Of a DNA stretch of 32,000 nt, positions 17,865-28,776 are shown in pieces; the first letter of the stretch is position 1; each line of letters begins with the position of its first letter. The translations under genes and the position numbers were made by a program. The notes under the pieces were generated by a model. That model was not told the origin of the DNA, ran no database searches, and worked only from the letters and a program-made list of their open reading frames with translations. Source of the DNA: Cylindrospermopsis raciborskii Cr2010 (GTDB lineage Bacteria; Cyanobacteriota; Cyanobacteriia; Cyanobacteriales; Nostocaceae); contig NZ_CP065936.1 of NCBI RefSeq assembly GCF_003367075.2, forward strand, positions 1,770,001 through 1,802,000, in the 5' to 3' direction.

Positions 17865-19151
17865 CTAGCTGAATTGCTCCTCCGTATCCAAATTAAATAA
17901 CATTTGTAAAGTTCGCATACAGTTACGTCGGGCTTCTATGTCCTGTTGTGATCGTAATTGTACCATAGGGTCATGTAATATTTTATTAACTATTCCCCTA
18001 GTCAGGGCTTCAATTACTTCCTGATGTTTTTCGCCAAATTCCGAACCCAATCGGGAAAGAGCCTTTTGTAATTCTTGTTCGCGGATGTGTTCGATTTTAT
18101 TTCTCAAAGAACTGATAGTAGAGACAGTTTCCAAACTGCGCCACCAGATATCAAAAGACTCCACCTCTTCGTCCAAGATTTTTTCAGCTTCTTGGGCCAT
18201 TTTGCGACGACTTTCGTAGTTTTGAGCTACCACTGCTTTTAAGTCATCCACATTAAAAACCTGGACATTATTTAAACAATTTACATCCGAGTCCACATTG
18301 CGAGGTACGGAGATATCAAACAACATGAGAGAATGGTTAGGGTCTAAAACCATTTCTAATTTAGAGCGGTTGATAATTGGTTCTGTGGAGGAAGTGCTAG
18401 TAAAGACTAAATCACTATGAGAAATAACAGACATCATTTCTGGGAGGAGATGAATGTGAATAGTCACCTCTGGGAACTGTTTAGCCAGTTCTGCTGCTCG
18501 TTCTTGGGAGCGATTAACAATACTAATATGGGATGCGCCCTTAGAAATCAAATGTTGTACCAGTAGACGAGACATTTTTCCCGCACCCACAATTAGTACC
18601 CGGTATAGTTCTAAATTTTCTACCTTAATTTGTGCCAACTCTACAGCTGCTGAACTAATAGAGACCGCTCCAGTGCCAATGCTCGTTTCAGAACGAACTC
18701 TTTTACCAGCAGTTAAAGCTTGTTTAAATAAACGATTTAAAATTGTTTTTACACCATTGTATTGCTGTCCCAGTTTGTGAGTATTTTTCACCTGAGCCAG
18801 AATTTGTCCTTCTCCAAGAACTAGACTATCCAAACCAGCAGCAACTCGCAAGATATGAGTCACAGCATCGGTATGGATAAGAGTAAACAGATGTTGACGT
18901 AAAGAACCTACAGGTAGTTTGCTATGCTCAGCGAGAAACTGTGTCACTTCCCGAATTCCCTGGGGGATATCGCTGCTCACAACATAAATTTCCAACCGGT
19001 TACAGGTACTGAGGATAGCCACCTCATCAATGTGAGGATAGTTGAGCAAGTGAGCGATCGCACTTTCGGTTTGGGGTTCAGGAATACTTAATTTTTCTCT
19101 TACTTCAACTGGGGCTGTTTTGTGACTTAACCCCACTACTGCAATATTCAT
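17865..19151 (-). CDS. hemA: Glutamyl-tRNA reductase
   Basis: [43 protein letters not shown]; start at ATG 19151. Confidence 0.95.
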   Translation of the reverse strand: MNIAVVGLSHKTAPVEVREKLSIPEPQTESAIAHLLNYPHIDEVAILSTCNRLEIYVVSSDIPQGIREVTQFLAEHSKLPVGSLRQHLFTLIHTDAVTHILRVAAGLDSLVLGEGQILAQVKNTHKLGQQYNGVKTILNRLFKQALTAGKRVRSETSIGTGAVSISSAAVELAQIKVENLELYRVLIVGAGKMSRLLVQHLISKGASHISIVNRSQERAAELAKQFPEVTIHIHLLPEMMSVISHSDLVFTSTSSTEPIINRSKLEMVLDPNHSLMLFDISVPRNVDSDVNCLNNVQVFNVDDLKAVVAQNYESRRKMAQEAEKILDEEVESFDIWWRSLETVSTISSLRNKIEHIREQELQKALSRLGSEFGEKHQEVIEALTRGIVNKILHDPMVQLRSQQDIEARRNCMRTLQMLFNLDTEEQFS

Positions 19152-19269
19152 CTTTAATTTCTTATGACTGGAATAACGCTCTTGCTGTTTTTCGTAGTTA
19201 TCATGGCAAAGGGTAACAGGTAATGGTATACCATTTGCCAATTACCCTTTACCAGTTAGTTAACAAAAA

Positions 19270-20307
19270 TTAGTGCAGTTGCACAACTTTAGGTTGTTCA
19301 AACATGTGAATAGTATCTACAAAGCGAGCAGTCTTAGACTGGGTAGAGATGACCAAACTTTGAGTTCTTGCACCACCCTGGAAGAACCGCACACCTTGCA
19401 TCAAATTACCACTAGTAATACCACAACCTGCAAACAAGACGGTTTGACCAGATGCCAATTCATGAGCATCATAAACTTTATCTGGTTCATTAATACCCAT
19501 AGAAGAAAGTCGTTCTAAATTAGACTCCTTGCTTTCGCCAATCAAACCAGTTTTAACCACTGCGGGGTCGTAAATTAACTGACCTTGGAAGTGACCACCT
19601 AGGGCGCGCATAGCAGCAGCAGAAATTACACCTTCAGGAGCTGCACCAATACCCATGAGAGCGTGGATATTAGTACCAGAAAAACCGCAAGACAAAGCTG
19701 CACCCACATCACCATCAGAGATCAATTGAACTCTTGCACCAGCTTCACGGATCTCCTTAATTAAATCATTGTGGCGCTCGCGCTTCATAACAACGATCAC
19801 CAGTTCCTCAATAGATCGGCCTAAGCATTCCGACAGAATTTTGAGGTTTTCAGTAGCTGACTTGTTGATATCAACCTTACCCTTAGCTGCTGGGGGTGCG
19901 GCCAACTTCTTCATATAGAAGTCAGGAGCAGCAAAAAGACCACCTCGTTCAGAAATTGCTAAAACTGCCATGGAACCTGGTTGTCCATAAGCTACCAGAT
20001 TAGTACCTTCACAAGGGTCAACAGCAATATCAATTTCCATTAACTCATCAGGACTACAGGAGATAGCATTGTCTGGGTTAGCACAAATTCCCACTTCTTC
20101 ACCGATGTAAAGCATGGGCGCGTCATCACGTTCTCCTTCACCAATTACAATGCGACCGCGCATATAGATTTTATTCATCCGTTTGCGCATAGCTTCTACT
20201 GCTACCTGGTCAGCAGTGTTCTTTTCACCCTTACCCATCCACTTTGCAGAGGCGATCGCAGCTTGTTCGACAACCTCAATAATTTCTAAACCAATTGTAT
20301 TTTCCAC
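19270..20307 (-). CDS. glpX: Class II fructose-1,6-bisphosphatase / sedoheptulose-1,7-bisphosphatase
   Basis: [28 protein letters not shown] and [21 protein letters not shown]. Confidence 0.94.
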   Translation of the reverse strand: MENTIGLEIIEVVEQAAIASAKWMGKGEKNTADQVAVEAMRKRMNKIYMRGRIVIGEGERDDAPMLYIGEEVGICANPDNAISCSPDELMEIDIAVDPCEGTNLVAYGQPGSMAVLAISERGGLFAAPDFYMKKLAAPPAAKGKVDINKSATENLKILSECLGRSIEELVIVVMKRERHNDLIKEIREAGARVQLISDGDVGAALSCGFSGTNIHALMGIGAAPEGVISAAAMRALGGHFQGQLIYDPAVVKTGLIGESKESNLERLSSMGINEPDKVYDAHELASGQTVLFAGCGITSGNLMQGVRFFQGGARTQSLVISTQSKTARFVDTIHMFEQPKVVQLH

Positions 20308-20502
20308 AGGTCTACCCTCTTAATTGCTGATCTTTAGCGACTTTTGCTATGGCTATTTCAGTCTATAAGTCTACCAAAGTCCGGTACTTCAATGAGAAAT
20401 ACTTTGGATAATCAGTTTGTTAAGTTTTACAACCATGAGAAGACACGGGTCTATTTTCCCAAGCACAAAGGTAGAATTTTGTCAACTAAACAAGGATAAG
20501 AA

Positions 20503-21027
20503 GTGGAAAGCAAAAATATCGAATCCGACTACCTATCACTGATCAAGTATCATCAGGGATGGATGAGTGAAGCTCTTAAACTAGCACAGATTGCGGGTGA
20601 TGCGGGAGAAGTACCTGTGGGGTGTGTAATTGTGAATCCCCAGGGTAATTTAATTGGTCAGGGGGAAAACCGCAAACAACGAGATCAAGATCCTACCGCC
20701 CATGCAGAAATTATTGCCATTCGTTCAGCAGCAAGAACCTTACAAAATTGGCACTTAGATCAATGTACACTTTATGTCACCCTAGAGCCATGTCCTATGT
20801 GCGCTGGTGCTATAATTCACGCACGGTTACAGACTTTAGTCTACGCAGTGGACGATCCTAAAACTGGTGCCATTCGTACTGTTATTAACATCCCTGGTAG
20901 TCCTGCATCCAATCACCGTTTACAAGTTATTGGAGGTATGCTGGAATCAGCTTCCCGTGAAAAATTACAGTCTTGGTTTGTGGGTCAAAGATACCAAAAA
21001 AATCAAAAATCTGCTTATGAATCATAG
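20503..21027 (+). CDS. tadA: tRNA adenosine(34) deaminase
   Basis: DPTAHAEIIAIRSAA and TLEPCPMCAGAIIHARL zinc-binding deaminase motifs. Confidence 0.92.
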   Translation: MESKNIESDYLSLIKYHQGWMSEALKLAQIAGDAGEVPVGCVIVNPQGNLIGQGENRKQRDQDPTAHAEIIAIRSAARTLQNWHLDQCTLYVTLEPCPMCAGAIIHARLQTLVYAVDDPKTGAIRTVINIPGSPASNHRLQVIGGMLESASREKLQSWFVGQRYQKNQKSAYES

Positions 21028-21128
21028 ACACAAGGTAAAACTGTCCAGATACTAAAACAAAAATTACCCAAGAAAATTTACGGTAGAAACAATCCAGTTT
21101 GCGTCGCATCCGCTAACTACTAACCACC

Positions 21129-21896
21129 ATGAAGGAATCTCACTCTGCTTCTACCAGTTTCGCGGGTCAGTCTCCAAATATTTGCTTAGATCCTCCCTTT
21201 TCCCACACTAGGTCATGGATTTCTCCCTGGTTAACTCCCTTGGCCTATTGGTTAGGATATAATTTGGTTATACCCTCGTTTTTTGGTCGTATTGATGTTG
21301 CGGGTCAACAACATATTCCCATCAAAGGTCCAGTAATTCTAGCACCTACACACCGTTCTCGCTGGGATCCCCTGCTTTTAGCTTATGCTGCGGGGCGTTA
21401 TATTACCGGACGGGATCTGAGATTTATGGTGATGAGTAGTGAATGTCGAGGGATACAAGGTTGGTTTATTCTCAGTATGGGGGGTTTTGCTGTCAATCTT
21501 CAACGTCCTGGGATTAGATCTCTACGTCATGCTGTAGATTTAATGTTAGGGGGAGAAATGTTAGTTATTTATCCCGAGGGTGGAATTTTTCGAGATGGTA
21601 AGATTCATCCCTTAAAATCCGGTATAGCTCGTTTGTCTATAAATGCTCAATCTCTAGATCCTAATTTAGACATCAAGATTATACCTGTTGCTATTAATTA
21701 CGATCGACCCTACCCTAGTTGGGGAACAAAAGTCAAAATTCGTATTGGTGAACCAGTTAAAGTTACGGATTATATACATGGTTGTTTAAAACAGAATGCT
21801 AAGTATTTAACTAGGGATTTAAGAAGTAAATTACAAGAAGTTGCTGATTCCCAACCAGATTTCTCTTTAAGAGCTAATTGTTTAACCAACTCCTAA
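21129..21896 (+). CDS. 1-acyl-sn-glycerol-3-phosphate acyltransferase family
   Basis: APTHRSRWDPLLLAYA (HX4D) and YPEGGIFRDGKIHPLKSG motifs. Confidence 0.88.
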   Translation: MKESHSASTSFAGQSPNICLDPPFSHTRSWISPWLTPLAYWLGYNLVIPSFFGRIDVAGQQHIPIKGPVILAPTHRSRWDPLLLAYAAGRYITGRDLRFMVMSSECRGIQGWFILSMGGFAVNLQRPGIRSLRHAVDLMLGGEMLVIYPEGGIFRDGKIHPLKSGIARLSINAQSLDPNLDIKIIPVAINYDRPYPSWGTKVKIRIGEPVKVTDYIHGCLKQNAKYLTRDLRSKLQEVADSQPDFSLRANCLTNS

Positions 21897-23977
21897 TCCC
21901 CATAAGCAATCAGTAATTCCCAACCATTGAGTTTACCCATATCCTGGGGAGAACAGTCAACAACATGTAACTGCCAATTTCCCTTAGCTGATGAATTTAG
22001 CAGCTGTTTGAGAACCGGTTGGGAACTAAGTGTATAGGTTTTTTCTAAACGGGTTTGTCTTCCTAGAGTGCGACTTTGCAATAACAAAGATTGACTGTTG
22101 GGGGAAATCAAATAAATTTCTAGATCTCCCAAAAAATCATGGCTAATATTCACGGCAATTCTAATATCATTAATAATAATATTTTGAGGAACCACAATTG
22201 TAGTTCTCACTCCTTGTTTTTGCCCATCGGGAATAGTAACCTGAGTTTTATTTTCCCCCCTGATCAATTTATTGGCATTATTGGCAACCAATCCATTCCC
22301 TCTTAATTTTTGGGCTGCTCTTACTGCTTTAGCTGCATTCACCTTACCATAACCAAACCACAAGCAATGACCATTGCTATTATAAGTACCTCCCTGCAAA
22401 CCCAATTGGGGATCTGGTTGTGGATCAACAATTTTATCAGTGGTTTCTTGTAAAATACGGTTGACTTGTTGAGCGGTTAAATCCGGATTGGCTGATAACA
22501 TTAATGCTGCTAATCCAGCAACCACAGGGGTAGCACTGGAAGTTCCACCAAAATTATTAGTGAAGTTTCCAGGATTGTAACCCGCTTTCCCTATTTGATC
22601 TGTTGTCAACATTCCCAGGCCATCTATAGTTGTTGAAATAGTCGGTTGGGTGTAAACAAAACCACTTTCTTGAAACCACATTCCCGGAGGAGCATTATTA
22701 CTAGGAGCGCAAACAGAAATATTCTCTCCCCAATTGCTGTAGGCGGCTTTTTTATTTAAACTTGTAGATGCAGAAACGGCAATTACATCGGGATGAATAG
22801 CAAAACCACTTAACCACTTGGTTTTGCCTTTTAACAGATCCTTAGGCCAATTCTTCTCGTCTATTGTACCACTAATGGGACGGTTAGCATTACCTGCTGC
22901 AAAAAGAATTACACATCCTTTTCCATTCCGTCCCTGGGTTGCAGCACGGGTAATTGCTGCTTTTTGGCGTAAAGATAAGGGAAAATAAACCGCAGATGCT
23001 CCCCAGCTACAGGAGATAACACTGGCATTGTATTTTAATGCCCAGTTGAATATGTCCTCAATTGATTCATCATCCAAATATCCAGTTGTACGAATTGGCA
23101 TGAGGGCACAACCGGGGGCCACACCAACAATACCCTGTCCATTTTCTTCAGCAACTGCTAGTCCAGCACAAGCAGTACCATGACTAGTTTCTTGCTCTCC
23201 TGGTAGGGGTAAAAAGTCTTTTTCTTTCAAATCTCTGGGAGCAACAATTTTACCCACTCCTTGTAAATCTGGGTGGTTCAAATCAAAGGAGTCATCCACA
23301 ACTGCGACTACCACTGAACGTATCCCACGAGTTATATCCCAAGCTTGCTCTACACAAATGTGTGAACTGATCGCCAGTTGATTTCCACCATTGTGATTGA
23401 GATACCACTGTTGAGGATAGAGGGAATCGCTGGGTCTGTAATGGGTTTCTTGTTGAATAAAAACGTTTGGTTCAGCTGCTAAGACTTCTGGTAGGGTTTG
23501 TAGTTGGTTGGCAATTTTGAGAGGATTATGTGGGGACTCTTTGCTGACTAAAAATATAAAGGTATTGGGTAAATCAGCTATGGGTTTTTCTTCAGTTAGA
23601 TTAAGTGAAGAGGTTATAATAGTAATCTTATTAGTGTCTACCCAAGCGGCAAATTGAATTGTTATCTGATCACTTAAATAGACATAGCTGCTAGGGTTAT
23701 CCTGTAATTGATAAACATGACTGGCAAAAACCACTCTTTGATCAGATCTAGCTTGGGACATAGCCAATTCTATCTGATTCGGTGCAACAGTGAACAATTC
23801 CAACTTCGCTCTGGGAATAGTACGCTGCCATTTTCCCCAGGAGATCCTGGATAATTCCTCTTTGCTTAGGTCAGCATGGAAACGAAGGGTAAAACGTTCC
23901 GTGGATTTTATGAGAATTAACTCTTCTCCTCCACGTTGTAAAACTACTGGTTGGTTGTTGATCATATTCTTGATCAT
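21893..23977 (-). CDS. S8 subtilisin-family protease with C-terminal proprotein convertase P domain (PrcA-like)
   Basis: Catalytic triad contexts VVDDSFDLNHPDL, SHGTACAG, GGTSSATPVVAG; C-terminal HDFLGDLEIYLISPNSQS...GKLNGWELLI P domain. Confidence 0.9.
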   Translation of the reverse strand: MIKNMINNQPVVLQRGGEELILIKSTERFTLRFHADLSKEELSRISWGKWQRTIPRAKLELFTVAPNQIELAMSQARSDQRVVFASHVYQLQDNPSSYVYLSDQITIQFAAWVDTNKITIITSSLNLTEEKPIADLPNTFIFLVSKESPHNPLKIANQLQTLPEVLAAEPNVFIQQETHYRPSDSLYPQQWYLNHNGGNQLAISSHICVEQAWDITRGIRSVVVAVVDDSFDLNHPDLQGVGKIVAPRDLKEKDFLPLPGEQETSHGTACAGLAVAEENGQGIVGVAPGCALMPIRTTGYLDDESIEDIFNWALKYNASVISCSWGASAVYFPLSLRQKAAITRAATQGRNGKGCVILFAAGNANRPISGTIDEKNWPKDLLKGKTKWLSGFAIHPDVIAVSASTSLNKKAAYSNWGENISVCAPSNNAPPGMWFQESGFVYTQPTISTTIDGLGMLTTDQIGKAGYNPGNFTNNFGGTSSATPVVAGLAALMLSANPDLTAQQVNRILQETTDKIVDPQPDPQLGLQGGTYNSNGHCLWFGYGKVNAAKAVRAAQKLRGNGLVANNANKLIRGENKTQVTIPDGQKQGVRTTIVVPQNIIINDIRIAVNISHDFLGDLEIYLISPNSQSLLLQSRTLGRQTRLEKTYTLSSQPVLKQLLNSSAKGNWQLHVVDCSPQDMGKLNGWELLIAYGD

Positions 23978-24042
23978 TAAATATTTTTGATAAAGATACT
24001 GGAAACTATGCTTAACTTAGTGTGGTGGTCACTCTAGTATAT

Positions 24043-24612
24043 ATGAATCTAAAAACTATTTACTTATTGCCCATAATATTTTGTAGTCTGTCCTTACCCG
24101 CTCAATCTCAGGTAGTCCAGTCACAAAATAAACCAGTACAGACTAAACCTAATGATAAGCAACCCAGTCCAACCCCAAGCAAGAGTGAAAATACCAGTCT
24201 ACTAAGTATTACAGGAGGCGATCGCCTGATGAAGGAGGGACAGGAAGCGGTGTCTGGCAAAAACTATACCCTAGCGGTGAAAAAACTCCAGGAAGCTCGT
24301 CAAATATATAATCAGCTATCTACTTTTTACCAAGATTTAAATGCCAGTTTTTCCGGGATTGACTTTAGCATCTCTGATTCCCACCGCAAAAAGGCCCTAG
24401 AAACAGCCCAAAAACGAGATGAAGCAACTTATCAGTTAGCATTGGTACATCGTTCATTAAACCAACCTGATTTGGCCATACCTCTTTTAATTCAAGTCAT
24501 TAAGAGTCAAAACCCTACCTGGGAACTAGGCAAAAAGGCTTATCAACAACTGTGGGAACTAGGTTTTGTCGACACACCTTATCCTGGAAAGACGGACAAT
24601 CCAGGAAAGTAG
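24043..24612 (+). CDS. Predicted secreted/periplasmic protein with TPR-like helical repeats, cyanobacterial unknown
   Basis: [22 protein letters not shown] signal-peptide-like N-terminus; [27 protein letters not shown]...[25 protein letters not shown]. Confidence 0.6.
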   Translation: MNLKTIYLLPIIFCSLSLPAQSQVVQSQNKPVQTKPNDKQPSPTPSKSENTSLLSITGGDRLMKEGQEAVSGKNYTLAVKKLQEARQIYNQLSTFYQDLNASFSGIDFSISDSHRKKALETAQKRDEATYQLALVHRSLNQPDLAIPLLIQVIKSQNPTWELGKKAYQQLWELGFVDTPYPGKTDNPGK

Positions 24613-24668
24613 CAGATTCTGGAATAACTGATAATAATTTAAAGAAGGATGTTTTTTCAGGAATAACA

Positions 24669-24899
24669 ATGATAACTCCCCAACAGGTTGAACAAATGAT
24701 TAAAGGAGAACTACCGGATGCACAAGTGCAAGTGCAAGACCTAACCGGTGGTGGAGACCACTATCAAGTAACAGTGGTTTCATCCCAGTTTGCGGGTAAA
24801 GGACTTGTACAACAACATCGGATAGTTTATGATGCTTTAAAACAAGCTATGTCAACCGAGGCGATTCACGCTTTGGCTTTGAAAACATCTGCTCCCTAG
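24669..24899 (+). CDS. BolA family protein
   Basis: [57 protein letters not shown]; start at ATG 24669 rather than ORF-track 24552. Confidence 0.9.
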   Translation: MITPQQVEQMIKGELPDAQVQVQDLTGGGDHYQVTVVSSQFAGKGLVQQHRIVYDALKQAMSTEAIHALALKTSAP

Positions 24900-24934
24900 A
24901 CTATTGACAATTAACACAACAAGGAATTAAAACC

Positions 24935-25270
24935 ATGACAGTAGAAAACCCAACAGAAATTACAGCAACAATTGATAAATTAGTCAAAGAAAACAAAATA
25001 ATGGTTTTCATGAAAGGAACTAAATTAATGCCTCAATGTGGTTTCTCTAATAATGTTGTACAAATTCTCAACACTTTAGGAGTCCCCTTTGAGACCTTTG
25101 ATGTTCTTTCTGACTATAACGTTCGTCAAGGTATTAAGGAATATTCAAACTGGCCCACAATTCCCCAGGTTTACATTAATGGGGAATTTGTTGGTGGGTC
25201 TGATATTTTGATTGAACTATATCAAAAAGGTGAATTACAGCAAAAAGTTGAAGTAGCATTAGCTTCTTAA
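24935..25270 (+). CDS. grxD: Monothiol glutaredoxin (CGFS, Grx4 family)
   Basis: [45 protein letters not shown]. Confidence 0.94.
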   Translation: MTVENPTEITATIDKLVKENKIMVFMKGTKLMPQCGFSNNVVQILNTLGVPFETFDVLSDYNVRQGIKEYSNWPTIPQVYINGEFVGGSDILIELYQKGELQQKVEVALAS

Positions 25271-25743
25271 ATATCCTCTTTAATCCCCCTTTTTAATCTA
25301 AGGGGGAACCCGTTGGCAAAGTTTTTATTGAGCCACCAAAAACAAATTACCAACATTGTAGATATCAATAACAGACCAGCTACAGCTCTAAAGGTAATTT
25401 GTGTGCCAAAAACTAGAGCTTCAACTGGTGCATTCGTCACATCTATACTAAAACTAAGATCAGCACTGGTAATAGTCGTAAAAGAGAATATGGCTCCCAC
25501 CAGGGGAACTCCTACCGTTTGTCCTAAAATCCTGGATAAGGATAACAAACCAGAAGCAATACCCAAGCTATGTGATTGAATCATCACAGGTAAAGCCAAA
25601 TTGACGATATAAACATCTAGGGCAAAAATGAACACCCCAATTCCAATACCTAGAACTGTTAACCACCTGTGGGGATTTTGAACTTCTTCTTGCTGGGTGT
25701 AAATCGCTTTCATATTTTTGAGTGGGGTGTTTTTAAAAACCAA
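25267..25743 (-). pseudogene. Internally deleted MFS transporter of the DHA2 / drug-H+ antiporter-2 type
   Basis: N-terminal first-TM signature RWLTVLGIGIGVFIFALDVYIVNLALPVM is directly followed by C-terminal signature LGIASGLLSLSRILGQTVGVPLVGAIFSF; only 158 aa where the family is normally more than 400 aa. Confidence 0.75.
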
Positions 25744-25760
25744 ATTTTTTGTTTATTTAT

Positions 25761-26942
25761 TTAGGGTATGTCCAGGAGTTTTTCAGATCCTTGAATTTGA
25801 TAACGGTCAATAATACTTGGTAAATCCTCCTGAATATCTATGGGTGTACCTCTTTTGGCCATTTCTTTCACTGCTTGTAAGATTTTGCTGACTAAATCTT
25901 TATTTTGTGCCAAATCTTGTCTACCAATGTGAATTAAAGCCTGTTCTACAGCAGTAGATCCAGATTGCATTCCCAATGCTATACCACTTTTCATTCCTAA
26001 AGTTTGGGGATCTAAACTCTGATACAAACTCTCATCTTTTACCACTGCTTTTACGTGAACACCCGCATAATGGGTGAAGGCATTTTTACCAGTTATTGGT
26101 CGATTGGGAGGAATTACAATGTGGGCATATTTACTAACAAAATCATATAAATCTCGCAGAAAATGGAGTTGCCATTTTTTTGCTTCTCCCATGTCAACTA
26201 AGTTAACCAATAATTCTGCCAAGTCCACAATTCCCGCTCTTTCTCCCAATCCCATAACTGCTGTATCAATCATATCTACCCCCGCTCTATAAGCATCTAA
26301 AGCATTGGTTAGCGCTAGGCCCTTGTCATTATGACAATGTACTTCTATTTGCGGGTATAAACCTTGATTGGCTAGTTCTTCTTTCAAGGTTTTTACCTGC
26401 ACATAAATACTACGACTAGGATCAAAAGGTGTCGTATAACCTGTTGTATCAGCTATACTAACGATGTCCGCCCCCGCTTTAATCGCTGCAGTAGCTGCTT
26501 GAACAACATTTTCCATAGATGATCTAACTGTATCCTCCGGTGTGTATCTAATTAATAAATCGGGTTTTTGGGTTTTTGCATATTCAATTACTTCTACAAT
26601 CTTCTCTATTGCTGCTGATAAACAAATGTTATAGTCTTGTTTCAATCGCTTTTGCGAAACACTGAAAAACACCCCCAAAAAGTCAACTCCGCAATCAATA
26701 GCTTTTTTGACAGCATCTATTTTGCACAGCGAATGAGCACCAATTTTAGCTTTAAGACCCTCCTTAACTATTTGTTGAATAGCCCAAGCAATTTCATTAT
26801 CTACTGATGGATTACCCACCTCAATCACATCTACACCTATTTCATCTAATAACCGGGCAATTACTAACTTTTTTTCCGGAGAAAAATAAACCCCTGGTGT
26901 CTGCTCACCTTCTCTTAGCGTAGAATCCAGAATTTTAATCAT
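25761..26942 (-). CDS. Homocitrate synthase / 2-isopropylmalate synthase family (DRE-TIM, NifV/LeuA-like)
   Basis: MIKILDSTLREGEQTPGVYFS, EVHCHNDKGLALTNALDAYRAGVDMIDTAVMGLGERAG, GKNAFTHYAGVHV. Nitrogenase-linked NifV role not established from sequence. Confidence 0.85.
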   Translation of the reverse strand: MIKILDSTLREGEQTPGVYFSPEKKLVIARLLDEIGVDVIEVGNPSVDNEIAWAIQQIVKEGLKAKIGAHSLCKIDAVKKAIDCGVDFLGVFFSVSQKRLKQDYNICLSAAIEKIVEVIEYAKTQKPDLLIRYTPEDTVRSSMENVVQAATAAIKAGADIVSIADTTGYTTPFDPSRSIYVQVKTLKEELANQGLYPQIEVHCHNDKGLALTNALDAYRAGVDMIDTAVMGLGERAGIVDLAELLVNLVDMGEAKKWQLHFLRDLYDFVSKYAHIVIPPNRPITGKNAFTHYAGVHVKAVVKDESLYQSLDPQTLGMKSGIALGMQSGSTAVEQALIHIGRQDLAQNKDLVSKILQAVKEMAKRGTPIDIQEDLPSIIDRYQIQGSEKLLDIP

Positions 26943-26953
26943 ATTATGTTTCT

Positions 26954-27820
26954 TTAATTCAGAAGAAAATGTTTGACTTTTTTAGCTATCTGCTCAGGAG
27001 AATTGTAGGTTGTATCTATCACTAAATTTCTTTCAGGAGCTAATTTTTTCAATGTGGCTTTTGTGCTAAAAGGATCATAACTTTTTCGTTCTTCAATCAT
27101 AATCTTTAAGCGATCGCGCAGAGCAGATGGTGAATATAGTCCCTGTTCTACCTGAGCCAAAATTGCTGCTGTCTCTTCCGATGAAAATAACTCTGATACT
27201 TCTGGTATTTCTAGATCTGCAAAGTTGTTATTTTTTCTCACTTCATGATCATGAATAATTTTCATAGGTTTAGCAACGTGATCAAATGAATCATTTCGCA
27301 TCAGAAGTCTTTGTAATCGCACGTATTCAGAAGCTTCCAGTAACACAAATTTAGCCTTGGGGAGAATTTCTACGGCGTACTTTATTTCATCTTTTCCTCG
27401 CAGTCCATCAAATATTATAGGAAAGCGTACTTGTAAAGGATGGATTTGTAATTGGCTCAAAACATGAACCATTCCTCCTGGAAATAGTTGTTTATAACGA
27501 TGGGTATAATAGAAACGTGCTAGACGACAGGAAGGTTTAGCTTCTTCTACTTCATCCATTTTCATGATTGTCGGAATAATAAACTGATCAGTTAAAGCAC
27601 GACGATTAGGGAGTAAAGTAAATGCTAGTCCTAAATCGCATAAACTGGCATTGACTGTACTTTTGCCCACACCAGTTAATCCTACCCAAATCAATAAGGG
27701 ATGCTCAACTAATGGTCGCCAACCCTGAGAAGTCGAAAACCCAATTCCAATCCCAGGAACTAGTTCTACTAGTTCCACAGAACCTGTTTGAACCGGTTGT
27801 TCTTGATCTAACTGGTGCAT
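26954..27820 (-). CDS. P-loop ATPase/kinase-like protein of unknown function
   Basis: Walker A WVGLTGVGKSTVNASL, FPIIFDGLRG; nucleotide-kinase-like RLQRLLMRND; 11 nt upstream of the synthase gene. Confidence 0.6.
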   Translation of the reverse strand: MHQLDQEQPVQTGSVELVELVPGIGIGFSTSQGWRPLVEHPLLIWVGLTGVGKSTVNASLCDLGLAFTLLPNRRALTDQFIIPTIMKMDEVEEAKPSCRLARFYYTHRYKQLFPGGMVHVLSQLQIHPLQVRFPIIFDGLRGKDEIKYAVEILPKAKFVLLEASEYVRLQRLLMRNDSFDHVAKPMKIIHDHEVRKNNNFADLEIPEVSELFSSEETAAILAQVEQGLYSPSALRDRLKIMIEERKSYDPFSTKATLKKLAPERNLVIDTTYNSPEQIAKKVKHFLLN

Positions 27821-27822
27821 GT

Positions 27823-28776
27823 TTATTCTGCTTTTTGTAATATGAGCTGTTCAGATTTTTCGCAAGTTTTGGCAAAAAATATTCCTACCAAAACTATTAC
27901 AAATGCTACTAAGTTTAAAGCACTCAAAGCCTCTGCAAAAATCAACTTAGCAAAAATTGCTGTGCAGGTTGGCTCAATCAGCAAAAAAATAGCAATGAAA
28001 CTAGAGGAAAACTGCTTGAGTTGGTGAACTAAAAGACATTGTCCAAAACACTGGCAAATAATAGCAAGGGCTAAAATAATTAGCCAACTATCTAAAGAAC
28101 AAGGGAAAAATTTATCCTCTGTCAACCAAACAAAGGGAATAAGAATCAAAGCACCAATGGCACATCGCCAACAAAGCAGCCTTACAGCTGAAAATTTAGA
28201 ACGTAAATGCTCTAAAATCAACAAATTGAGAGCATAAAAAATTGCTGCAAGCAGACCTAAACCATCACCAATTAAATGCTCTATTCCAATTTTAAAATCT
28301 CCAATTCCAATTAAAGAGGCTCCAATTAATGCTAGAAACATACCCAATATAAACTGAGTCTGGAATCTTTGCCGAAAAAACAACCATCCCTGTAAACAGG
28401 TAAAAATAGGAGATAAATTTCGCATTAATGTGGAATTTGCAACACTGGTTTGAGTTAACGACAATGCCCAAAAAATAACAGAAGCTGTTCCTATTATTCC
28501 CACTAGTACTAGTAATAGGACTTCACTTTTTTCCGGTACTCGCTGATCATGCTGTTGCTCGGGAGATTGAATAATTGATATACTTATCCAATGCCAAACC
28601 CTTAAAACAATTGCTGCAATCCAAAGACGATTAAAAACAGTTGCTACTGGACCAATTTCTCGTTCACTCAATTTAATAAAAATAGCCGCACAGGAAAGTG
28701 CAATCAAAGCAATAAATAAGGATAAAAAACTTCCTTTAGAAGGGGGAATATATTCTTCAGTAATACTTGCTAACAC
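27823..28776 (-). CDS. EamA/DMT family transporter
   Basis: About 10 hydrophobic segments, TVFNRLWIAAIVLRVWHW ... FIAIFLLIEPTCTAIFAKLIFAEALSALNLVAFVIVLVGIFFA; GTG start, 2 nt from the next gene. Confidence 0.82.
   Translation of the reverse strand: MLASITEEYIPPSKGSFLSLFIALIALSCAAIFIKLSEREIGPVATVFNRLWIAAIVLRVWHWISISIIQSPEQQHDQRVPEKSEVLLLVLVGIIGTASVIFWALSLTQTSVANSTLMRNLSPIFTCLQGWLFFRQRFQTQFILGMFLALIGASLIGIGDFKIGIEHLIGDGLGLLAAIFYALNLLILEHLRSKFSAVRLLCWRCAIGALILIPFVWLTEDKFFPCSLDSWLIILALAIICQCFGQCLLVHQLKQFSSSFIAIFLLIEPTCTAIFAKLIFAEALSALNLVAFVIVLVGIFFAKTCEKSEQLILQKAE

Noticed and set aside
25761-26942. Calling this gene nifV outright
   Set aside because: No nitrogenase genes in the window and the DRE-TIM family includes LeuA, CimA and HCS; phylogeny needed.
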